The notes beneath the pieces are model-generated. The model was not told where the DNA came from. It saw nothing but the letters and a program-made list of their open reading frames with translations, and ran no database searches. A DNA stretch of 64,000 nucleotides from the human T2T-CHM13v2.0 reference genome, Homo sapiens. The DNA lies in assembly GCF_009914755.1 (NCBI RefSeq), contig NC_060928.1; one strand, given 5' to 3'. Numbering within the stretch: the stretch's first letter is position 1; every line of letters starts with the position of its first letter. The translations under genes and the position numbers were made by a program. Below, one piece after another: positions 18,125 through 34,434 of this stretch.

Positions 18125-20524
18125 TTATTTTGTTTTATTTTATAAGTTCTGGGGTACATGTTCAGGATGCACAAGTTTGTTACATAAACATGTGACATGG
18201 TGGTTTGCTGCACCTACAACCCATCACCTAGGTATTAAGCCCAGCATGCATTAACTATTTTTTGTAATGCTCTCCCACCCCTGCCTTCCCCTGACAGGCC
18301 CCAGTGTGCGTTGTTCCCTCTCTGTGTCCATGTGTTCTCATTGTTCACCTCCCACTTATAAGTGAGAACATGCAGTGTTTGGTTTTCTGTTCCTGCGTTA
18401 GTTTACTGAAGATAATAGCTTCCAGCTTCATCCGTGTCCCTGCAAAGAAAATGATCTCATTTCTTGTTATGGCTGCATAGTATTCCATGGTGTATTTGCA
18501 TCACATTTTCTTTATCCAGTTTATCACTGACGGGCATGTAGGTTAATTCCATGTCTTTGCTATTGTGAATAGTGCTACAATGAACATACATGTTCATGTA
18601 TCTTTATAATGGAATAATTAATATTCCTTTGAGTATATACACAGTAATGGGATTGCTGGTTCAAATGATATTTCCAGCTCTAAATCTTTGAGGAATTACC
18701 ACACTGTCTTCCACAATGGTTGAAATAATTTACATTCCCACCAACAGTGTAAGTGTTCCTAATTCTCCGCAATCTCTCCAGCATCTGTTGTTTTTTGACT
18801 TTTTAATAATCGCCATTCTGACTAGTGTGAGATGCTATCTCATTGTGGTTTTGATTTGCATTTCTCTAATGATCAATGATGTTGAGCTTTCCTTTATATG
18901 TTTATTGGCTGCATGAAGGTCTTCTTTTGAGAAGTATCTGTTTATGTCCTTTGCCCACTTTTTAATGGGGTTGTTTTTTTCTTGTAAATTTGCTTAAGTT
19001 CCTTGTAGATTCTAGATATTAGACCTTTGTCAGCTGGATAGATTGTAAATATTGTTTCCAATTCTGTAGGCTGCCTGTTCTCTCTGATGATAGGTTTTTG
19101 TTTTTGTTTTTTTTGTGTGTGCAGAAGCTCTTTAGTTTAATTCGATCCCATTTGTCAATTTTTGCTTTTGTTGTCATTGCTTTTGGCGATTTTGTCATAG
19201 AATCTTTGCTCATGTCTATGTCCTAAATGGTATAGCCTGGATTTTCTTCCAAGGTTTTTATAGTTTTGGGTTTTACATTTGCAATCACAAATGATAAGAG
19301 GATACTACCACTGACTCCACAGAAATACAAATAACCATCAGAGAATACTATAAACACCTCTATGCAAATAAACTGGAAAATCTAGAAGAAATGGATAAGT
19401 TCCTGGACACATACCTCCTCCAAAAACTGAACCAGGAAGCAGTTGAATCTATGAATAGGCCAATAACAAATTTTGAAATTGAAGCAGTAATAAATAGCTT
19501 ACTGTGATGGTTAATACTGAGTGTCAACTTTATTGGATTGAAAGATGCAAAGTATTGATCCTGGGTGTGTCAGTGAGGGTGTTGCCAAAGGAGATTAAAA
19601 TTTGAGTCAGTGGACTGAGAAAGGCAGACCCATCTTTAATCTGGGTAGGCATTATCTAATCAGCTGCCAGGGCAGCAAAGATAAAAGCAGGCAGAAGAAT
19701 GTGAAAAGACTAGACTGTCTTAGCCTCCCAACCTACATCTTTCTCTTGTGCTGGATGCTTCCTGCCCTTGAACATCTGACTTCAAATTCTTCAGCTTTAG
19801 GACTCACACTGGCTTCCATGCTTCTCAGCTTGCAGCTGGCCTATTCTGTGACCTTGTGATTGTGTGAGTTTAAAACTCCTTAATAAACTCCTCTTTATAT
19901 ATATTCTATCTATCCTATTAGTTCTGTTCCTAAAGAGAATCCAGACAAATATACCTACCTACCAAAAAAAGCCCAGGACCAGATGGATTTACAGCTGAAT
20001 TCTACCAGAAGTACAAAGAGTATCTGGTACCATTTCTTCTGAAACTATTCCAAACATTTGAAAAGGAGGGATTCATCCCTAACTCATTTCATGAGGCCTG
20101 CATCATTCTGATACCAAAATCTGGCAGAGATACAACAAAAAAAGAGGAAACTTCAGGCCAATATCCATGATGAACATCAATGCAAAAATCATCAATAAAA
20201 TACTTGCAAACCAAATCCAACAACACATGAAAAACTTCTCCACCATGGTCAAGTTGGCTTCATCTCCAGGAGGCAAGGCTGGTTCAACATATGCGGATAA
20301 ATAAACGTTATTCAAATTAATCACATAAACAGAACTAAAGAAAAAAAACACATGATTACGTCTAGATGCAGAAAAGACTTTCCATAAAATTCAACATCCC
20401 TTCATGTAACTAACTCTCAATAAACTAGGCATTGAAGGAATATACCTCAAAATAATAAGAGTCTTTTATGATGAACCCACAGCCAATATCATACTGAATG
20501 GGCAAAAGCTGAAAGCATTCTCCT
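18125..20524 (-). mobile_element. L1PA (about PA8-PA11) with 5' inversion; inverted ORF2 segment 19281-20524 on +
   Basis: Antisense L1PA 3' UTR and ORF2 end up to about 19280, then sense ORF2 ([26 protein letters not shown]...GQKLKAF); TSD TGTAT(T/C)TCTATTTT at 18111-18124 and 20525-20538. Confidence 0.92.
19503..19953 (+). mobile_element. MLT2A1-like solo LTR (ERVL) inserted in L1PA
   Basis: TGTGATGGTTAATACTGAGTGTCAACTT...CCTATTAGTTCTGTTCC...GACAAATATA; 5-bp TSD CTTAC/CCTAC; L1 ORF2 resumes colinearly. Confidence 0.9.
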
Positions 20525-23317
20525 TGTATCTCTATTTTCATTTGCTACTACCAGTATATTCCAAAACTGAACCTTCTAAGTGAAGATTACTCATTCAATT
20601 AAAAATCAATAAAATTTATAGAACACATTGACAAAGATTTTGGATAATACACCTTGTGGCTTACACCTCTAAAATATGCCATCTATTTTAAACTTAATTA
20701 AAATCAAAGAAGAGAAATTTGGGGCTTTCCCTGTAACTTCAGCATGCTGAATTTTCCTTCATGACAATAAAGACAGTACTGTTCATAGAGCATAAATTAA
20801 TAAAGACTTAAATGTGGAAGTGAATTCTAATTTAAAATATGCTGGAACTGCCAAATTGATATTTTAAGAGAAGACAAAGTGATAGGTTTCTTAAAAGAAA
20901 ACTTGCTTCACTGTCACATACATTCTAATGTAGCCAGATTTTTAAATGTCATATGCCTTCCTTTTTCAAACAGATCTCTATGCCTTTCTCTCTCACCCCA
21001 ACTCTTCCTTTTTCTATGTGTATATGTATGTGTATGCTACTTTTAGGAAATTCTATGGAATAAGATAAACATAATTCCTCAAGGAAGAAACAATATAAAC
21101 ATTGTCACAAAAATCCATGTACAGATAGCACCATACACTTTATAAATGCATGCACCAATCCCCAGAATGCTGAGTTAGGGGGAAAGAATCAAATTACAAA
21201 TAATTAAGGTATCAAATTATATCTCAACTTGATTATCTTAATACTTATTGAATACTGTTGTGGACAGAGAAAAAGAATTCAAAATACAACTATGACACAT
21301 AATAATAAAATAGATGTCTGCCTCAAGACACTTAGAGGAATATATAATATGGATAGATTTATTTTCCTTAATATGTTGGTAAATTTATGTAGTCAAGTTC
21401 ATGCCTTGTGGTTTATCAGTAATTTTGTTTTAATAATTTTCACATCTGAAATTATAAAAGGTAATTAAAATAATTTTTTGGTGAAAATGAACTGAACTAA
21501 CCAGTTTAGTTACAACCATGCCAAACTTCATCCTACACTTCCTTGAATATTATAAGCCACACAAAAATCTGTCACAGAACTTACATTCTTGATTCTTCTA
21601 TGTGAACTAGTTCAGTAATTAATGTTTTTTAAAGAAAGATAAAAATACATATACATTCAGTGTAGTGTTCTCATCTATGAAGAGACTAGACCAGTGTTGG
21701 TCTAGAAAAGTTAACATAGCAAGCTATTTACTTAATTTAAAATACCTACTTAATGGAGTTCATAATTATCTTTAGCAGTCAGTTTTTTGTATTTCCAGAC
21801 AAACAACCTTGGTTTGCACACTTGTGCATGATAAAACAGTATAATAAAAAAAAAGCAAAGTAAAATTATTTTAAAAATACTTCCAAACTTCAGGTTTATG
21901 CCTCACATATTATGTCTGTAGGCCAAGAATATTTATTTAATAATTTCGTTTTATTCTCTGCTTATAAAAAATATTTTTCCCAAGCACTATAATTACTTGA
22001 GTAAAAACAAGAAAAAACGATTATTTTTAGCTTAAATGCCATCAGAAGGCTTGTTGTTTATTCTCTTGGCTGTCTTTCTTCTCTCTTTGACTTGCCTTTT
22101 TTTTCGCTATTCAAACATTAGTGAGAAGGTTACTTTACGTTGGCCAATGGAAGTAAATTATTTGGAATTTTTATTCAAAACAAAAGGCCACTAAGGATGA
22201 TTATAATCTGTACCTAGTATTAATAATATGCCCATAGACACATTACTGTGGGCAGGGTTTAGGGTACTTAATTGACTCAGCTTTGATGGTGAAGCAATAT
22301 CTATGTTTAACAGAGTTTGTTTTAGTTACTGCTCCCAAATCATGAGTATTAGAAAAGTGACAGCATCATAAAATGTCAGTGGGTAATGAAATTATCTACC
22401 TCAGTACTGAAAACAATGATTTAACAATAATCTTCTGAATGCTAAAATATTTAAATTTGCTCAATCATATTTTCAGAATGTTTAATATTTATGTTTTTTG
22501 ATGATATTATAATCAAGTAAACTGGGTTTTGACACATATAAAATTTTAATTATTTCTATTAATCACATGCATATGATATATACATTTGCATTGATATTCT
22601 GTTCCATTGGTCTCTATGTCTGTCTTTAAGCCAATACCACACTGTTTTTATCATTGTAACATTGTAATAAGCTTCAAAATCAGTAAATGTGAGTCCTACA
22701 TGTTTGCCTTATTTTTTAAGATTGTTTTGGGTACTAGTGGTTCCTTGATAATTTTATAAATTTTAAGATAAAGTTTTCTTTTTCCAGAAAAAATATCATT
22801 GGAGTTTTGATAAGGATTACATTCAATCTGTAGAACACTTCGAGTAGTATTATCTTAATAATATTAAGTCTTCTACTCCATGATCATGGGATTTATTATA
22901 ATTTATTTATGTTTTCTTTAATGTCTTTCATCAGTGTTTTGTAGTTTTTATTGTACAATTCTTTCACCTCCCTGATTAAATTAAATCCGAAATATGTTAT
23001 TCTTTTTCATGTTATTATAAATGAAATCGTTTTCTTAAATTTCTTTTTGAATTTTTACTATTAGCATGTATAATTGCAAATAATTTTGGTGATGACTTGC
23101 CCTGCTACTTTGCTAAGTTTTTTATTAGCTCTAACAATTTTTGTAAAATACCTAGTGTTTTCAATGTATAAAATTATGTCATCTGTGAACAGAGATAATT
23201 TTACTACTTTATTTCCAAATGGGATGACTTTCTTCTTCTTGCCAAAGTGCTCTGGCTAGAACTTCTAGTACTATGTTTGATAGAAATGGTGAAATTCGGT
23301 ATCCTTGCCCTATTTCT

Positions 23318-23480
23318 TTTTTTTTTTTTTTTTTTTTTTTTTTTGAGACGGAGTCTCACTCTGTCGCCCACACTGGAGTCCAGTGGCACGATCTTGGCTC
23401 ACTGCAAGCTCCACCTCCCAGGTTCACGCCATTCTCCTGCCTCGGCCTCCTGAGTAGCTGGGACTACAGGCGCCCACCAC
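23318..23480 (-). mobile_element. 5'-truncated AluY (right arm only)
   Basis: Poly(T), then GAGACGGAGTCTCAC...GCAAGCTCCACCTCCCAGGTTCACGCC; 16-bp TSD TCCTTGCC(C/T)TATTTCT at 23302-23317 and 23481-23496. Confidence 0.93.
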
Positions 23481-23773
23481 TCCTTGCCTTATTTCTGATG
23501 TTAGAGAAAAAGTTTTTGGTTTTTCATTACTGATCATAATGTTCACTATGGGGTTTTTATACATGATTATTATTCTATTGAGGTAATTTCCTTCTATTTC
23601 TAGTTTTTTGAATGTTTTCATCATGAAAGACTGTTTAATTTTGACACATAATTATGTTCTTCATCAATTGAGATGATCAAGGTTTTACTGTTCCTTCAAC
23701 CTGTTAATTTGGTGCATTACACTCATTGATTTTTACATGTGGGAATATTCCAGAAGAATTTTCATATGGTCAC

Positions 23774-26320
<2,547 letters not shown>

Positions 26321-26479
26321 GTCGTGATAAGTAATTCTTTTAATAAGCTGCTGAATTCAGCTTTAAATATTTTGTTGAGGATTTTTGCATTCATGGTTAT
26401 TAGGAATATTTGTCTGTAGTTTTCTTGTAGTGTAGTTATCTGGCTTTGATATCAGGCTAGCGCTGATATAATGGGGCTG

Positions 26480-26591
26480 TGGCATCATGACCTAATTATC
26501 TCTGAATTCTTCATCTACTAATACCATCACCTTGGGAGTTAGGATTTCAACATATAAATTTTGGGGGAACATAAATATTCAGACCATAGTA
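26480..26591 (-). mobile_element. MaLR (MLT1A/MST-like) LTR 5' fragment
   Basis: Reverse complement TACTATGGTCTGAATATTTATGTTCCCCCAAAATTTATATGTTGAAATCCTAACTCCCAAGGTGATGG. Confidence 0.75.
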
Positions 26592-29139
26592 GATATATGC
26601 ATTTCCTTAGGAAACGTAGCTTAGGAAAAATATGTCACTTAAACCATTAAAAATATGTGGGAGGAGCAGAGCAAGATGGTTAAATAGAAACCTATACTGT
26701 TTATTTTTTCCACAGGAACACCATGTTTTAACAACTAACTAGACATAAAAGCAGTGCTACAGGAACCAAAAATTAGGTGAGCCATAAAGCACTTTGACAG
26801 GAAAACAAAATTTAACTAGCAAACTATGCACTGAAAGCATCATCAGAAAATGCAAAAATCAGGTGAGCACTCATAGCATCTAGTTTTAACTTTATATTGC
26901 CAAAAGAGCCAGTGAAAGTGGGTAAGAGAGACAGTCATGCATTGCTGACACCACCAGCCTCCCAGCTCCCAACAGCAACCCTTGGTATGGAGAATTTGTG
27001 TGCTTAGGACAAGAGAAACTCAATTACTGGGGGACTTCCCATTGAACTCAGTGCTTCCTTGTCACAGCAGAATGCAAACAGTACCCAGATAATGCTTGCC
27101 CTTTGAGGGAGCTTCTGGATCAGTCTTAGCCAGAAGGGAGTTACCCATCCCAGAGTTATGACACTTTGAGTGTCATAAATCAAAGTGTGAGTTATGACAA
27201 GCCTACCACCATAGGCTAAAGTGCTCTGCAACCCTAAGTGAACTTGAAGAGCAGTCCAGGTCACAAGTACTGCAATTCCTTGGCAAGTCCTTGTCCTGAG
27301 CTGGGCTCAGAGCCAGTGAACTTGGAGGGCACATGACCTACTGAGACACCAGCTATGGCAGCTAAGGAAGGACTTGTGCCACTTTCCCCTCATCACCCAG
27401 TAGTGACCATGGGGCACAGAGAAATCTATGTGATTGGAAGAGGGAGAGTGCAGCAATTGTGAGACTTTACGTTGAACTCAGTGCTGGCCTGTTATAATGG
27501 AGAGCAAAGCTGTGCTAAGCTAAGTAGTACCTGAAAATGGAAGGAGCTCCTAGACTAGACCCAGGTGGAGGGGAATTGCCCATTCCAGCAGTCAGAACTT
27601 GAATTCCTTGGCAGGCCTTGCCAACATGAGCCAATGTGATCTAGGATCCTAGGTAAGCTTGAAAGGCAGTCTAAGATATAAGGACTGAAATGCCTAAGAA
27701 ACTCCTAATGGTGGGCTTGGCTTTGAGACAATGGATTAGGCTGGCACATGACCTAGAGAGAGACCAGAAAGGGCAGCTAAGGGAGTGCTTGTACCACACC
27801 CCTTTTCCAAACTCAGGCTGCACAGCTGACAGCAACAAAAGTGACTGCTTCCTTCTGCTTGAGGAGAAGAAACTAAAGACTAAAGAGGACTTCATCTTAC
27901 ATCTTGGATACCAGCACAGCCACAGTAGTATAGGACACTAGGCAGAGTTGTTAAGTCTGCATTATAGGCCTTAGCTCATGGATGGCATTTCTAGACACAC
28001 CTTGGGCCAAAATAGAACCCACTGTCTTGAAGGAAAAAACCATTCCAGGCAGGATTCATCCCTTGCTGACTAAAAATCCCTTGGTCCCTAAATAACCAGC
28101 AATGATACCCAGGTAATAAGATGTGGGCCTTGGGCTTTGAGATGTGCTGGCTTCAGGATGACCCAGCATACTCCCAGCTGTGGTGGCTATGGTGAGACTC
28201 CTGTTTGAGAAAAGCAGGGAAAAGAATAAACAGGATTTTGTTTTGTGCCTTAGGTACCAACTCAGTCAGTGAGATAGAGCACCAAGCAGGTTCTTGGGGT
28301 TCCTGAATTCAGGTCTAGGCTCTTGATCGGCATTTCTGAACATTCTCTGAGCCAGAGAGTATCCCACTGCCCTGAAAGGTGAATCTCAGGCCTGGAAGCA
28401 TTCACTAGAGGCTGACTGAAGAGCCCTTGAGATTTAAGTTAACATCAGTGGTGGCCTGATTAGAGCGCATTGTGGGCTGGTCACGCTGGTGGCTACAGAG
28501 AGAGACTCCTCTGCCTATGAAAAGGGGAGAGAAGAGGAAGAAGGACTTTCTATTGTGTTTTGAGTGCCAGCGTAGCAACAGTAGAACAGAACATCAGATG
28601 AATTTCTAAGGTTTTTTACTCTAATTCCTGGCTCGAAGAGAGCATCTCTGGCCCCAGCCAGATTTCCCCAGGAATTGCCACATTGAAGGTAGGGACAGAA
28701 TCCTGGCTGGCTTTGCTGCCAGCTGATTGTAGAGCCCTAGGGACTTGAGTGAATATATGTGTTAACCAGGTAGTGGTTACAGCGGGCCTTCAGCAAGACT
28801 CAGTGCTCTGCTCCCTTCACATCTGACTTAGCACTGTCACAGTGTTGGTGGTCACAGAGAAGCTTGTGTTTCTTCACCCCTAGTTCCAGGTTGTGTAGCT
28901 CACATAGAGAAACTTTTTTTCATTTGAGAAAGAGTAAGTTAAAAGAAAATAGTCTCTGCCTGGTAATTCGGAGAATTTTCCCAGACATTTACCAACACCT
29001 CCAAGGTGGAACCTCTACAAGTCTACAAGTACTACAGCGTTATTGGATCTGGGGCCCAAGTTCCTTTGAACACCTGGAAAACCTACCCAAGAAAGACAGG
29101 CACAAATAAGCCCAGACTGTGAAAAGTGCAGTAAATGCC

Positions 29140-29710
29140 CAACTCTTCAATGCCCATACACCAAAGAACATCTACAGGCATCAACACATTCGGGGAAACA
29201 TGACTTCACCAAATAAACTGAATGAGGCATGAGGGACCAATTCTGGAGAAATGGACAAGTGACCTTTCATATGGAAAATTCAAAATAGCTGTGTTGAAGA
29301 AAGTCAAAAAGATTCAAGATAACAGAGAGAATGAATTCATAATTCTATCAGATAAGCTTAACAAAAAGACTACAATTATTAAAGAGAGTCAAGCAGATAC
29401 TCCAGAGTTGAAAAGTGCAATTAATATGCAGAAGAATGCATCGTGGTCTCTTAATAGCAGAATTGATAGAGTGGAAGAAAGAATTAATGAGCTTGAAGAC
29501 AGGCTATTTGAAAATACACAGGCAGAGGAGACAAAAGGAAGAAGAATTAAAAAGAATGACGCATGCCCACAAGATCTAGAAAATAGCTTCAAAAGGGTAA
29601 ATCAAGCATGAAGGAAAAATAGAAACCTTCCCAAACAAAGAAAAGCTGAGGGATTTCATCAACACTAGACCTGTTCTGCAAGAAATACTAAAGGGAGTTC
29701 TTCAATATAA
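29140..29710 (+). pseudogene. L1 ORF1p remnant with internal deletion
   Basis: SLNSRIDRVEERINELEDRLFEN...DLENSFKRVN joined to HEGKIETFPNKEKLRDFINTRPVLQEILKG. Confidence 0.85.
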
Positions 29711-30214
29711 ATGAGAAGAACGTTAATGAGTAATAATAGATCATCTGAAGATATAAAACTCACTGGTAATAGCACACAAAAAAACACAGAATATTCTAAC
29801 CTGCAAATGTGATGTGTAAACTACTCTTATATTGAGTAGAAAGACAAAATGATGAACCAATCAAAAATAATAACTAAAATAACTCTTCAAGACATAGACA
29901 GTATAATACAACAAGAAAAACAACAGAAAGTTAAGAAAAGGAAGTGAAGTTAAGGTGTACAGTTTTTATTAGTTTTTTTGCTTGTTTGTTTATTTGATTG
30001 TTTATGCAGTGTTGTCATTAATTTAAAATAATGTGTTATAAGAGAGTATTTGCAAACCTCATGATAACATCAAATTGAAAAACATATAATGAATACACAA
30101 AAATTAAACAGCAAAAAATTAAATAATGGAGAAAATCAACTTCACTAAAAGGAAGACAGAAGAGAAAGGAAAGAAGAAAGATAACACCATAAAGCAATCA
30201 TAAAATAAGTAACA

Positions 30215-32324
30215 ATGAGTAAGTTCTTACTTATCAATAATAACATTGAATGTAAATGGACTAATCTCTTTAATCAAAAGACATAGAGTGACTGAATGGA
30301 TAAAAAAGCAAGACCCAGTGATCTGTTACCTACAAAAAACACACTTCACCTATAAAGATGCATATAAATTGAAAATGAAAACATGGAAATATATATCCCA
30401 TGCCAATGGAAACCAAAAGAGAGCAAGGGTAGCTATTCTTACATCAGACAAAATAGATTTCAAGACAAAAACTGTAAAAAAAAAAACCAAAAATATCATT
30501 ATATAATGATAAAGAGGTCAATTCAGCAAGATAATATAAAAATTGTAAATATATGTGCACCCAATACTGGAGCACCCACATAAAACAAATACTATTAGAG
30601 CTAAAGAGAGAGATAGACCTTGACACAACAATAGCTGAAGTCTTTAACATCCCACTTTCAGTTTTAGACAGATAATCCAGACAGAAAATCAACAAAGAAA
30701 CTTTAGACTTAATCTGTACTGTAGATCAAGTAGACTTAATAGACATTTACAGAACATTTTATCTAAGGGCTGCAAAATAAACGTTCTTCTCCACAGCACA
30801 TGACTCATCCTCAAGAAGAAACCATGTGTTAGGTCACAAAATAAGTATTAAAACATTCAAAAAATTGAAATAATATCAAGTATGTTCCCTGGCCACAATG
30901 GAATAAAACTAAAAGTCAATAACAAGAGGAATTTTGAAAACTATACAAGCACACGGAAATTAAACTGTATGCTTCTCAATGACCAGTGGGTCAATAAGAA
31001 ATTAAGAAAGAAATCGAAAAATATCTGGAAAGAAATGGTAAGTGGAAAAAGAACATACCAAAACCTATGGAAGACAGCAAAAGCAGTACCAAGAGACAAA
31101 TTTATAGCTGTAAATATCTACATCAAAAAAGAGAAAAAAGAAACTCTACACATAAATAACCTAATAATGCATTTTAAAGAACTAGAAAAGCAAGAGCAAG
31201 CCAACCCAAATTAATAGAAGAAAAGAAATAATATCAGAGCAGAAGTAAATGAACTTGAAACCAAGAAAGTATGAAAGATCAAGGAAACAAAAAATTTCTT
31301 TTTTTGAAAAGATAAACAAAATTGACAATCCTTTAGCCAGACTAATGAAGAAAAAGAAGAGAGAAGACCCAAATAAATAAAACCAGAAATGAAAAAGGAA
31401 ACACTACCCCTGATACTACAAAAATTCAAAGGTTTATTAGTGGCTACTGTGAGCAACTGTATGCCAACAAATTAGAAAATTTAGTGAAAATGGATAAATT
31501 CTCAGACACATATGACCTACCAAGTCTGAGCCATGAAAAAAAATCCAAAACCTTCAGACCAATAACAAGCAACAAGAGCAAAGCCATAATAAAATGTCTG
31601 GGATGTGATGACTTCACTGCTGAACTCTACCAAATATTTAAATAAAATCTGATACTAGTCCTCCTGGAAGTATTCCAAAAAATAGAGGAAGACATAATAC
31701 TTCCAAGCTCACTCTATAAGTCCAGTATTACCCTCACATCAAAACCAGACGAAGACACCTCAAAAAAAGAAAACTACAGGCAAATATCTCTCTGATAAAC
31801 TTGATACAAAAGTCTTCAGCAAGATACAAACTGAATTCAACAATACACTGAAAGATCATTCATCATAATCAATTAGATTTATCCCAGAAATACAAGGATG
31901 ATTCAACATATGCAAATAAATCAATATGATACATCATATCAACAGAATGAAGGTTGTAAACCATATGAACATTTCAAATTATGCTGAAAAACCATTTGAT
32001 AAAATTCAACATCTCCTTATGATAAAACCTTCCAAAAGCTAGGTGTAGAAAGAACATACCTTAATATGATAAAAGCAGTATACAACAGATCCAAAGCTAG
32101 TGTCATACCGAATGGGAAAAAAACTGAAAGCCTTTCCTCCAAGGTTTGGAACATGACAGATGCCCACTTTCACCACTGTTACTCAACATAATACTGGAAG
32201 TCCGAGCTAATGCAATAGGAAAAGAGAAAGAAATAAAGCCCATCCAAATTTAAATGGAAAAAGTCAAACTTTTCTTGTTTTTGCAGATGAAATGATCTTA
32301 TATTTGGAAAAACCTAAAGACACC

Positions 32325-32372
<48 letters not shown>

Positions 32373-33995
32373 GTTAGAACAGATAAACTAATTCAATACA
32401 GTTGCAGCATACATAATCAACATACAAAAATTTGTAGCATTTCTATATGCCAACAGGGAACAATCCAAAAAAGAAATTTTAAAAAATCCCATTTACAATA
32501 GCCACACATAAAATTAAACATCTAGGAATTGACTTAACCAAAGAAGTAAAATATCTCTACAATAAAAATTATTAACCACTGATGAAAGAATTTGAAGGGG
32601 ACACACACACACGCACACACACACAAATGGAAAGATATTTCATGTTCATGAATTAGAAGAGTCAATAATGTTAAAATGTCCATACTACCCAAAGCAATCT
32701 ACAGATGCAATGCAATCCCTATCAAAATACCAATGACTTTCTTGACAGAAATAGAAAAAAAAAACTTAAAATTTATATGGAACCATAAAAAATCCAAAAG
32801 AGCCAAAACTATCCTGAGCAAAAAGAACAAAACTAGAGGAATCACTTTCTCTGACTTCTGATTATACGACAGAGGTATAGTAATCAAAACAGCATGACAC
32901 TAACATAAAATAAACACATTGAACAATGGAATTGAAAAAAGAACCCAGAAACAAATCCACACACCTGCAGTGAACTCATTTTAAACAGTTGCCAAGAACA
33001 TGCACTTGGAAAATGACAGTCTCTACAATAAATGGTGCTAGGAAAACTGGATGACCATATACAGAAGAATGAAACTAGACCCTTATCTGTCACATATACA
33101 AAAGTCAAATAAAAATAGACTGAAGACTTAAATTTGAAACCTTAAGCTGTGAAATTACTACAAGAAAATATTGGAGAAACTCCCTGGAACACTGGTTTGA
33201 GCAAAAAGTTTCTTGAGTAATACCTTACAAGCACACTCAGGCAAAGCAAAAATGGTTAAATGGTTCACATCAAGTTAAAAATCTTCTGCACAGCAAAGAA
33301 AACAATTCAAAAAGTGAAGAAATGACCCACAGAATGGGAGAAAATATTTGCAAACTACCAATCTGACATGGACTTTATAACCATATTATAAAAGGAGCTC
33401 AAATGACCCTACAGGAACAAAAACTAATAATCCATTTTAAAAATTTGCAAAAGATTTTAATACACATTTCTCAAAAGAAGACATACAAATGGCAAATAGG
33501 CATATAAAAAGGTGCTCAGCATCATTGATCATCAGAGAAATGCAAATCAAAACTACAATGAGATATCATCTCACTCAGTTAAAATGGCTTATATCCAAAA
33601 GACGGGCAATAACAAATGCTGACAAGAATGTGGAGAAAAAAGGAATCCTTATACATTGTTGGTAGGAATGTAAATTAGTACAACCTCCATGGAGAACAGT
33701 TTGGAGCTTCCTCAAGGAAAACTAAAAATAGAGCTAGTATATAATTCAGCAATCCCACTGCTTGGTATCCACCCCCAAAGTATATTGAAGAGATATCTGC
33801 ACTCTCATGTTTGTTGCAACACTGTTCACAACAGCCAAGATTTGAAAGCAACCCAAATGTCCATCAACAGATAAGTAAATAAACAAAATATTGTATATAT
33901 ACACAATGGAGTACCATGTAGCCATAAAAAATGATGAGATCCTGTTGTTTGCAACAACATAGATGGAAATGAAGGTCATTATATTAAGTGAAATA
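30215..33995 (+). pseudogene. L1 ORF2p (endonuclease-RT) remnant, many stops and frameshifts
   Basis: ORF-track pieces 30246..30506, 30882..31214, 32292..32501, 32676..32861 and 33689..33874 are colinear L1 ORF2 segments. Confidence 0.9.
32328..32368. repeat. (CA)n microsatellite within L1 ORF2; a second (CA)n at 32601-32625
   Basis: About 20 CA units seen directly. Confidence 0.95.
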
Positions 33996-34434
33996 AGTCA
34001 GACACAGAAAGACAAACTTTACATCTCCTCACTTATTTGTGGCAGTGAAAAATCAAAATAATTAAACCCAGGGAGATAGAAAGTAGAAAGATGGTTATCA
34101 GAGGTTGGGAAGTTTTGAGGTGAATGTAGGGGGCAGGGAAGAGTTGATGGTTAATGAATACAAAATAAAAATAGTTAAATAGTTAAATACTATGAATAAG
34201 ACATACTATTTGCTAGCACAACAGGGTGACCATAGTCAATAATAATTTAATTGTATCTTTTAAAATAGCCAAAAGAGTATAATTTGTTGGAACACAATGG
34301 ATCAATGCTTGAGGGGATGGATACCCTATTTTCCATGCTGTAATTATTACACATTGCATGCCTGTATCAGGGTTTATTGTGTACCCCATTAATATATACA
34401 CCTATGAACCTGCAAAAATAAAACTATGTGGCAT

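Larger units (their letters stand above)
26661..34418 (+). mobile_element. Full-length L1MA2-like LINE (about 2.5 kb 5' UTR, disrupted ORF1 and ORF2, 3' UTR)
   Basis: 5' GAGGAGCAGAGCAAGATGG; ORF1 coiled coil (29222..29611); EN (NVNGL..LIKRHRVTEWIKKQDP.ICYLQKTH); RT FADE at about 32280; L1MA2-type 3' end; TSD TAAAA(A/C)TATGTGG at 26648-26660 and 34419-34431. Confidence 0.9.
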
